From Candidatus Uhrbacteria bacterium RIFCSPLOWO2_01_FULL_47_25 (lineage in GTDB: Bacteria > Patescibacteriota > Patescibacteriia > GWA2-46-9), in the NCBI GenBank assembly GCA_001791325.1, contig MGEK01000033.1, forward strand, positions 8,370 to 72,369: DNA of 64,000 bases, read 5' to 3'. Position 1 is the stretch's first letter. Every line of letters begins with the position of its first letter. Shown in pieces: positions 57,256 to 64,000 of this stretch. The translations under genes were made by a program, and so were the position numbers. Below the pieces are notes generated by a model. That model ran no database searches and was not told the DNA's origin. It saw only the letters and a list, made by a program, of their open reading frames with translations.

Positions 57256-57675
57256 TTACTTGGGGCTATCAAGTGCTTCCAATGTAAGTCTCGTATCTCG
57301 AATAGCAGCCTTGGATAGACTATCGAGTTCAACGCCCTCTCGCAAAGCTACTTCGGCAATAGCTTGTGCACTTTTTTGGAGTTCTATCAATTGTTGGCGT
57401 ACGGCTTCACTGACCTGTTCACGTGAAACAACCGCGTTCTCACCACTTTCTGAAAATTTTGGCAGTCCTGTCGCCGCAAGATTCATCCGAGTAACTTCAG
57501 ATGCTGTAGTAACTTTACTGCCCTCATCTTCTTGGTCTCTTGGTTTTTCTACCGGAACGCTTTCTGGAGGCATCCGACGAGCAAGCCTGTCCATTGCCCG
57601 TTGTGTTTCGGGCGGTAATCCGGCGGGTGGTTGCGCTTCTGGTCCTTGATTATGTTGTGGCGTTTCTCCACGCAT
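57256..57675 (-). CDS. Hypothetical protein (acidic, Pro-rich N-terminus)
   Basis: ATG ORF with plausible composition, tandem with 57718-58209. Confidence 0.6.
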   Translation of the reverse strand: MRGETPQHNQGPEAQPPAGLPPETQRAMDRLARRMPPESVPVEKPRDQEDEGSKVTTASEVTRMNLAATGLPKFSESGENAVVSREQVSEAVRQQLIELQKSAQAIAEVALREGVELDSLSKAAIRDTRLTLEALDSPK

Positions 57676-57717
57676 ATAGTTTGAGTTAGTTAGTAAGTTA
57701 GAATAAATGAAGTAAAG

Positions 57718-58209
57718 TTATTGATCAGTGCGTTTCTCTGGCACCGGAGTATCGCCGTGTAGCGCTTGAAACTCAGCGGAGCCAAATTTAGCTTCAGCTT
57801 GAATGCGATCATAAAAGTAATCCACTACCCCTTCTAAACCTTGCTGAGTTTTTCTAGCGCCGGGAGTGAAACCACTGAGAAGGTTACGCAATTTATGACC
57901 TATATTTTGGGGATTAATACTCGTATCAAGTGACTTCACGGCTGCTGTAATTTCTTTGGCCGTTTCACTGTCTGGGTTTGCTTCGACAAAGCGAAGAAGA
58001 ACCTCAAGCTTTGCGATACCTTCGGTTTCGATTAACGGTTGCGTTTGCTCGGAGCCGGGCGGAAACTCGCTGTTAAGTTCGTCAGTGGCAGTCTCCCAGC
58101 GTGCATCAAGATTCTTGCGTTTAGCAGCTGCCTTCATCGCGGCCTTGGTTCGCTCGGCTGGACGGGGCTGTTCTTCCACTTCGGGGGTGTATCCTGGACG
58201 TTCGGGCAT
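57718..58209 (-). CDS. Hypothetical protein (acidic, Pro-rich N-terminus)
   Basis: ATG ORF, MPERPGYTPEVEEQP. Confidence 0.65.
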   Translation of the reverse strand: MPERPGYTPEVEEQPRPAERTKAAMKAAAKRKNLDARWETATDELNSEFPPGSEQTQPLIETEGIAKLEVLLRFVEANPDSETAKEITAAVKSLDTSINPQNIGHKLRNLLSGFTPGARKTQQGLEGVVDYFYDRIQAEAKFGSAEFQALHGDTPVPEKRTDQ

Positions 58210-58621
58210 AATAGTTAAAGTGAGTGATTAATGGTGCCTATTTTCGGAGGCTGAATAGTATATCCGATAAATAAAAGATACTCCGTTCAACCAATATAGC
58301 AAGGTTATTTCTGTTTCATAAGAGAATATGGCTACAGATTAAGGCTTAAGGTGCGTGATTATATTTTGTTTACCTAATGCTCCTCCACTCGGCTCACTAC
58401 GGCACTGTGGTGAGCCCAGTGGAAGAGGGACGTAGCGAGTGCTTATTGCATACATCCCACTCGAGCAGTGTTTAACGTCACCGCGATTATGACGCCTCGG
58501 GATTGCCCGCCCAAGATTCGGATTTCGCTTACTGTCCGTCGCTATACTGCGAGTCACGAAACATTCTTGCTCGTGGCAAGCCGCTGGGCAAAGAGGCCCT
58601 GGCGGGCGGTTTGGCGTATGT

Positions 58622-58855
58622 CTAGGCCATCTGCGACGGGGTAGCGTCGTCCGACAAGCCAACCAGGAAACGGAAGTGCAGACTGAAGTTGGGATTCAGC
58701 CGAGTTCCCCGCGAAGTCACCGGTGTGGCATTGTAGAAACGTGCATAGTACTCGTTATGCTCTTGCTGGGCAGTTGCACCAGTCGAGCAAACACCGAATA
58801 CCAGCATCCCTACAACCACACGCAATGCCAACGCTCTTTTCCTCATGCTCTTCAT
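58622..58855 (-). CDS. Small secreted hypothetical protein, possibly truncated
   Basis: GAGAGGA RBS; signal-peptide-like RKRALALRVVVGMLVFGVCSTGATA. Confidence 0.45.
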   Translation of the reverse strand: MKSMRKRALALRVVVGMLVFGVCSTGATAQQEHNEYYARFYNATPVTSRGTRLNPNFSLHFRFLVGLSDDATPSQMA

Positions 58856-58948
58856 TGATCCTCTCTTTTTATTGGTTGAGGCCGACGTTCGGCGTTGTGT
58901 CTATCACAGCGTCGCGCCGAACCAGTTTTTTAGCTGAACCGTGAAGAC

Positions 58949-59512
58949 TTAGGCGGAGGCAGTTTGCTGGCGCTTTACGAATTTGAGCGCCCTTTGCTCC
59001 CAGATGTTCATCGGATAAGCGAGGCCTCTATTCTTGTGCCAGCGTCGACCTTTCTCCAGTAATAGCCCGGCTGCGAGAAACCCCATTCCGACCATATCCC
59101 ATCCGTTATGGAACAAGGTCATAGCCCCGCCGATTACGAATACGGCGTTAAGCACGAGCCACTCGACTTGCAGGATGCCGTTGTGATATTCGGCCTCGCT
59201 TTCGACATGACGCCGATACGAGATCATCAGTTGCTCCTCCGTCCGCAAAGGAAACGTGTCTGTTCCCCAGCGGGCTAGAAGATAGGCTTGGCCATTCTTT
59301 TCCCCAAATAGCGTTGGGTCACTTCCAGTCTCCCAGTTAAATTCGACCCAGAGCTTATCGTAAGAAGAAGCTACGCGATCGGCCAACTGGTTCACTTCTT
59401 CTGGGAGAAACGACCGGACTTCTCCAACATTACAGTAACGGTTCAGCGCTTGATGCCAGAAGATACGCTCCTCTTTAGAAAGAGGACGTGGTGGATTCAG
59501 TATCGTCGTCAT
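58949..59512 (-). CDS. Hypothetical membrane protein (DPxLFG..YLLARWG motif)
   Basis: ATGA overlap with the upstream gene; two C-terminal TM helices. Confidence 0.65.
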   Translation of the reverse strand: MTTILNPPRPLSKEERIFWHQALNRYCNVGEVRSFLPEEVNQLADRVASSYDKLWVEFNWETGSDPTLFGEKNGQAYLLARWGTDTFPLRTEEQLMISYRRHVESEAEYHNGILQVEWLVLNAVFVIGGAMTLFHNGWDMVGMGFLAAGLLLEKGRRWHKNRGLAYPMNIWEQRALKFVKRQQTASA

Positions 59513-59823
59513 TTATCCTCCTTCTCTTGATCCTGGTCCCAGTACGCTGGTTGGTGCGCAGGGAAGAAAAAAACAATTCCGTGCGCTGTCAGCCAACGCT
59601 GGCCTCTATGAGCGCGCCAAGTTATTAGCGCACCGCACAGCAGGTGAAGAATTCCGATGGACACTGCAATGCGCGGGTAGACCGTGGGAACGCTTAGGCA
59701 GTAGTTTACGACAAACATCCCGCCGACTAGCAAAAGCAGCCAGCCGATGAAACTACCGAACGAGGCCCACGCGAACGCACAATATTCCTCAGACTCTAGC
59801 TCCCAAATTTTCCGATACTTCAT
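59509..59823 (-). CDS. Hypothetical membrane protein
   Basis: AAGGAG RBS, ATGA overlap, two TM helices. Confidence 0.6.
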   Translation of the reverse strand: MKYRKIWELESEEYCAFAWASFGSFIGWLLLLVGGMFVVNYCLSVPTVYPRIAVSIGILHLLCGALITWRAHRGQRWLTAHGIVFFFPAHQPAYWDQDQEKEDK

Positions 59824-60155
59824 GCTCCTTCTCCCTTCCTGTTGTTACAGAGCATTATCCCAATCACCATACCCATCCCCAAGGACAAGAGCATGAGACG
59901 AACGCAAACAGCCACACCGCTCTCCGGCGCGTTGGCGTTCCATTCTCTCACAGCTCTCGCGTATTCTTCCTCCGAAACCTCGCGGAGATGAGCCGTGACT
60001 GCCTGGTGCACGGTCTGCTCATCCTGATGATTATAGATTGTATTCAGGACGAATACGCCGCCACCTATGCTCGCCACAACGAGCACGATTATGATGATCG
60101 CCCATTTAGACGTCAGTTCGACACCCTTCGTCTGTCGATTTTGTTTCATTTGCAT
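59820..60155 (-). CDS. Hypothetical membrane protein
   Basis: GGAGGGAGAGG RBS before ATG 60155; two TM helices. Confidence 0.6.
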   Translation of the reverse strand: MQMKQNRQTKGVELTSKWAIIIIVLVVASIGGGVFVLNTIYNHQDEQTVHQAVTAHLREVSEEEYARAVREWNANAPESGVAVCVRLMLLSLGMGMVIGIMLCNNRKGEGA

Positions 60156-60277
60156 CCTCTCCCTCCGTTTGAGGCCCGGCAATCGGTATTGTGTCCATCA
60201 CAACTTCGTGTCAGGCCAGGACGAAGGGAGAGTCTTTGGCTAGATTTTCAGGGAGCATTACAAAACCAGAACAGGCA

Positions 60278-60306
60278 AGCATAGAGCAATTTTCCAATTT
60301 CGTCAA
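60278..60306 (-). promoter_or_regulatory. Sigma70-type promoter of the membrane-protein operon
   Basis: Minus strand TTGACG-N17-TATGCT. Confidence 0.55.
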
Positions 60307-60385
60307 TTGCTTTAATTCTAAATATTATACAAACTCAAAAAACTATTGACTTTATTGTAAAAAAGAGTATAGTTATTATTGAAAT

Positions 60386-61144
60386 ATGGATAAAGAAGAA
60401 GCTGTTAAGAACCAACTCAAAGAGCTCGGCCTCTCAAGATCAGAGGTTGTGGTATACCTCTATCTTCTGCAAAAGGGCCTATCTACCCCGACAAAAGCTG
60501 CTTTTGGTACTGGAATTGCCCGTACAAACTGCTACCACCTACTCCAGGGACTGAAAGACAAGGGTCTCATTGCAGAACAGCTCAATCGGAAACGAAGCGC
60601 CTATCTCGCCCGCGATCCTCAGGCGTTTCGACGCTCCCTCGAACGACGACGCGAAGTCATTGAGAGGCTTCTGCCCGATCTCGAAAATCTTTATACCTCC
60701 CAAAAGTACAAACCAGCCCTTCACTTCTACGATGGGTTTGAGGAGGTAAAGGAGCTCTACTTGCTTCCTTTCTCATCGAACACAACCGCCATGATTGGTC
60801 TTGGCTCAACGGCAAAACTCGATAAACTTGATAGCAAGTTTCACGACCATTGGTACGCGCAATGTAAGAAGCACAAGATTATACTGAAGGATATTCTCAC
60901 GTACACTTCTGGTGAAAAAGCTGCGATGGCCGCGAAGAACATTCAGGGCGATCTCTACGATTATCGGCTACTCCCCGACGATTATAAGAATTTTCCAACT
61001 GATATGCTCGTCTGGAGCGATAGAGTTGCCATCTTCGCGCTACAGGAGCCTATCTTCGGTGCGCTCATTGTGAGTCCCCTCATCGCCGAAACTTTTCGGA
61101 TAATGTTTGACGTGATGTGGAAGGCGTTGCCGCCTATGGATTAG
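60386..61144 (+). CDS. TrmB family transcriptional regulator
   Basis: LKELGLS..E..VY..LL..G..T.....TGIARTNCY.LL..L..KGL HTH followed by FYDG.E.VK. Confidence 0.88.
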   Translation: MDKEEAVKNQLKELGLSRSEVVVYLYLLQKGLSTPTKAAFGTGIARTNCYHLLQGLKDKGLIAEQLNRKRSAYLARDPQAFRRSLERRREVIERLLPDLENLYTSQKYKPALHFYDGFEEVKELYLLPFSSNTTAMIGLGSTAKLDKLDSKFHDHWYAQCKKHKIILKDILTYTSGEKAAMAAKNIQGDLYDYRLLPDDYKNFPTDMLVWSDRVAIFALQEPIFGALIVSPLIAETFRIMFDVMWKALPPMD

Positions 61145-61155
61145 ATTTAATTGCT

Positions 61156-61749
61156 ATGTCAATTTTTAAACCAATAGAATCTTATCGTCGACGTCAAGGG
61201 TATCAACTGGTGGCGGGGCTAGACGAGGTGGGGCGTGGAGCGTGGGCTGGGCCGCTCGTGGCGGCGGCCTTGATACTAAAACCATACGTTAAACTTCCAG
61301 ATTTAAGAGATTCAAAACAAGTCACACCCTTGGCGCGAGCGCGTTGGGCGAAAAGAATTATATCGCGGGCTATTTCTTTCAGTTATGGCTTGGTCAGCGA
61401 GAAGGAAATAGATAAGGTTGGCATCAGTGAAGCCAACAACTTGGCTTTCCGCCGCGCGGTAAGCGGTCTCAAGCCGCAACCTGACTATGTCTTGGCTGAT
61501 TATTTTTCTGTTGAGAACTGTTTTTGTCCAATTGAGGGAGTGAGAGACGGCGACAAATGCGTGCGTGTGATTGCCGCCGCTTCCATAATTGCTAAAGTTT
61601 ATCGCGATGCGATTTTAATTAAGGCCGACCGGCGTTTCCCAGGATATAGTTTTGCCGAACATAAAGGTTATGGCACCGCGGCTCATCGGCGCGTTATTAA
61701 AAAATTGGGATTATCGCCCTATCACCGTAAATCCTTCCACTGTTTATAA
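61156..61749 (+). CDS. rnhB: Ribonuclease HII
   Basis: GLDEVGRGAWAGP, DSK, IAAASIIAKVYRD, HKGYGT and HRKSF motifs. Confidence 0.95.
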   Translation: MSIFKPIESYRRRQGYQLVAGLDEVGRGAWAGPLVAAALILKPYVKLPDLRDSKQVTPLARARWAKRIISRAISFSYGLVSEKEIDKVGISEANNLAFRRAVSGLKPQPDYVLADYFSVENCFCPIEGVRDGDKCVRVIAAASIIAKVYRDAILIKADRRFPGYSFAEHKGYGTAAHRRVIKKLGLSPYHRKSFHCL

Positions 61750-61754
61750 AAAAC

Positions 61755-61784
61755 TATTCTCATATTCTTAAGAATATGAGAATA
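61755..61784. repeat. Perfect 30-bp palindrome after rnhB
   Basis: TATTCTCATATTCTTAAGAATATGAGAATA. Confidence 0.8.
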
Positions 61785-61895
61785 CTAGATCAAGCCTGAA
61801 TTATCCTCCATGTCTCCGTCAGGTCACGCCTAGGGTGAGCGCGGAGTAACGGTTGTGTTGAGGATCTCTAGTGGGTCGGATTGCGCTGTTACAAA

Positions 61896-61927
61896 TACCA
61901 TCATACTAGTATACTGGTATAATGGTA
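61896..61927. repeat. Imperfect 32-bp palindrome with TACTAGTA core
   Basis: TACCATCATACTAGTATACTGGTATAATGGTA; shares CATCATACTAGTATACT with the 48547 palindrome. Confidence 0.7.
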
Positions 61928-62007
61928 GATATGTATGATTATGATATTCTAGGCCTATGTACTAGCATCCAAAAGTGGCTCCCGTCCTGAGTTAATGTTA
62001 TATATTT

Positions 62008-62056
62008 ATTCAGCGTCCTTCTGCCAGAATATCTCCTGGCGAAGAGGATGTTGAAT
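62008..62056. terminator. Long hairpin downstream of gdhA
   Basis: ATTCAGCGTCCTTCTGCCAG...CTGGCGAAGAGGATGTTGAAT. Confidence 0.55.
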
Positions 62057-62084
62057 CTGTTGACTATATGATCTTTGCCTCAGA

Positions 62085-63347
62085 TTACAGCCTTGCTTTA
62101 ATAGAGTTTTGCAATCGTTCTAGAGCCAGAATAAAAGCGGCGACGCGCAGGGTTGTTTTATATTTCAGGTGCCGATCCCAAATGGCATCAAAACTTTGGC
62201 GCATAATGGGTTCTAGTTTTTGTAGTACTTCAGCTTCAGTCCAGTAGAGGCCCTGTTTGTTTTGCACCCATTCAAAGTATGAAACCGTTACGCCGCCAGC
62301 GTTGGCCAATATATCCGGCACGACAACTATTTTTCTCCGTCTCAATTTTTCATCGGCTTCTGGCGTGGTTGGGCCATTGGCGAGTTCCAGAACAATCTTG
62401 GCTTTGATACGGCTGACATTTTTGTTGGTAATTTGATGTTCCAGCGCTGCCGGAATAAGAATATCGCAAGGCGTTTCCAGAAGTTTTTCATTGGAAACTG
62501 CTTTGTAGTTTGTGCCGTCGCAAACCGAGCCAATGCAATACATCTCGCCAATCATGCCGCGAGATTTTTTTTGCGCCATCACGTTTTTGGGATCCATGCC
62601 GATTTTTCTCAAATCAACAATGCCGCCGCGTGAATCCGAAAGACCAATAACGCGATAACCCGCGGTATGCATGAGATTCGCCATATGGTATCCTACATTG
62701 CCGAATCCCTGAATGACTACCGCTGTTTTTTTGGGTTGCATTTTTAATTTTTTAGCGAGTTCTTCTATAACATAATATGCCCCTTGACCAGTGGCTGCTT
62801 CTCGGCCAGCCGAGCCGCCTATGGCAATGGGCTTCCCTGTGATGACGGCGGGTGTAGATTGGCCAGCGATCTTACTGTATTCATCCATAATCCAAGCCAT
62901 GATTTTGGGAGTGGTGTTGACGTCTGGCGCGGGCACATCGCGATCCGGACCAAAGACATCTTTCATGGCCCGTGCCAAGGCGCGCGTTAAGCGCTCCAGC
63001 TCTCCGGCTGAAAGTTTTTTAGGATCAACCGTAATGCCGCCCTTAGCGCCGCCCATAGGAATACCTACAACCGCGCACTTCATAGTCATCCATAAGGCGA
63101 GCGCCTTTAATTCATTCAGGTCAACCTTGATGTGATATCTTAAGCCGCCCTTGTAGGGGCCGCGCGCGTTTGAATATTGAACACGATAACCGGTAAAAAT
63201 TTTGAGAGCGCCATTGTCCATACGCACGGGCAGAGACACTTCCACGATTCGGTCAGGATTTTTTAGAATCTCCAGCGTGGTTGAATCAAGCGGCATTGTA
63301 TCAGCCGCGGCTTTAAGTTGCTTAAGAGCGTTTTGGAAAGCGTTCAT
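62085..63347 (-). CDS. gdhA: Glu/Leu/Phe/Val dehydrogenase (glutamate dehydrogenase)
   Basis: GPYKGGLRY, GGAKGG, DVPAPD, QGFGNVG and NAGGVTVSYFEW motifs. Confidence 0.95.
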   Translation of the reverse strand: MNAFQNALKQLKAAADTMPLDSTTLEILKNPDRIVEVSLPVRMDNGALKIFTGYRVQYSNARGPYKGGLRYHIKVDLNELKALALWMTMKCAVVGIPMGGAKGGITVDPKKLSAGELERLTRALARAMKDVFGPDRDVPAPDVNTTPKIMAWIMDEYSKIAGQSTPAVITGKPIAIGGSAGREAATGQGAYYVIEELAKKLKMQPKKTAVVIQGFGNVGYHMANLMHTAGYRVIGLSDSRGGIVDLRKIGMDPKNVMAQKKSRGMIGEMYCIGSVCDGTNYKAVSNEKLLETPCDILIPAALEHQITNKNVSRIKAKIVLELANGPTTPEADEKLRRRKIVVVPDILANAGGVTVSYFEWVQNKQGLYWTEAEVLQKLEPIMRQSFDAIWDRHLKYKTTLRVAAFILALERLQNSIKARL

Positions 63348-63389
63348 AGTTGAAAGAATATAGAATATTGAATATGGAATATATGGCCG

Positions 63390-64000
63390 TCAGGGTAGGC
63401 CGATTTTTTGTTTGACTTCAGTGAGGGTCTTTTGGGCGACCCGGCGCGCTTTTTGAGAGCCACTTTTTAAAACCGCCATCAATTTTTTTGGTTGCTTTAT
63501 AAGAGTCACATATTTTTTCTGAAATGGCGCCAAATTTTTGGCAATGTCTTTGGCAAGAGCGGTCTTCAAATTGCTGTATCGTATTGAACCGTCGGCGTGG
63601 GCTTTCTCAAAATGTTTAATTGTCGCGGCATCGCTGAATTCTTTGAGAAGAAGGAAAAGGTTCTTTACTCCCGGACTCATTTCGCCCGGTGTCGGGCTTG
63701 TATCTGTAACGGCGCGGCTAATTTTTTCTGCAATAACCATTGGCGAGTCTTCAAGGAAAATGCAGCCGCCTGGCCATGATTTACTCATTTTTTTTAGCGG
63801 GTCATTAAAACTCATAAGACGCGGCACCGTTGTGTAGCGGGGCCGCGGCTCCGGAAATGTTTCGCCGAAGCGACGGTTGAATCGCCGGGCAATCATTCTA
63901 GTAAACTCCAGATGCTGTGTTTGGTCCTCGCCAATGGGAACGATCAGTGGTTTATAGAGCAGTATATCCGCGGCCTGAAGAATCGGGTATATGAATAAAC
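63390..64000 (-). CDS. trpS: Tryptophanyl-tRNA synthetase (5' part beyond window edge)
   Basis: Frame extends to the edge: YPILQAADILLY, VPIGEDQTQHLE and KMSKS motifs. Confidence 0.95.
   Translation of the reverse strand, partial: LFIYPILQAADILLYKPLIVPIGEDQTQHLEFTRMIARRFNRRFGETFPEPRPRYTTVPRLMSFNDPLKKMSKSWPGGCIFLEDSPMVIAEKISRAVTDTSPTPGEMSPGVKNLFLLLKEFSDAATIKHFEKAHADGSIRYSNLKTALAKDIAKNLAPFQKKYVTLIKQPKKLMAVLKSGSQKARRVAQKTLTEVKQKIGLP

Noticed and set aside
57415-57430. Second parS-like site CTGTTCACGTGAAACA
   Set aside because: Only 13 of 16 positions match, one arm is broken, and it lies within coding sequence (VSRE).
58339-58662. 107-aa minus-strand ORF
   Set aside because: Overlaps the 58622 ORF, runs through a strong hairpin, and has non-protein-like composition.
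1-64000. Alternative genetic code 25 (TGA=Gly) as in Gracilibacteria/Absconditabacteria
   Set aside because: Conserved genes are full length in code 11, and TGA ends genes at sensible places (yidC, speB, ATGA overlaps).

Overview
Replication-origin region of a bacterial chromosome read in genetic code 11. Gene content, AT-rich intergenic DNA and repeat style suggest a Patescibacteria/CPR (Parcubacteria-like) genome; this taxonomy is an inference. The core block is ftsH, rpsA, pbp1A, dnaN, oriC, dnaA, rpmH, rnpA, yidD and yidC. It is followed by four tRNAs, each with accessory genes downstream, a glycerate kinase-ppsA-2-hydroxyacid dehydrogenase-enolase cassette, envelope genes, a parS site, several GC-rich foreign-looking genes, and rnhB, gdhA and trpS. 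No CRISPR array, integrase, transposase or reverse transcriptase is visible. The most striking unexplained structure is a set of seven non-coding 35-206 bp elements with CCCCG-type terminal inverted repeats and mostly 4-bp target duplications. Three sit exactly on start codons (rpmH, hsp20, a DUF4430 gene), one supplies a stop codon, and one is inserted in-frame in a gene. Other leads are a 26-nt hairpin that splits pgeF with -1 frameshift geometry, a probable remote DGR target gene, a gene flanked by a perfect 15-bp inverted repeat, a shared boxA-like leader, TACTAGTA-centred palindromes, two structured ncRNA candidates and a stand-alone phosphohistidine-domain module.
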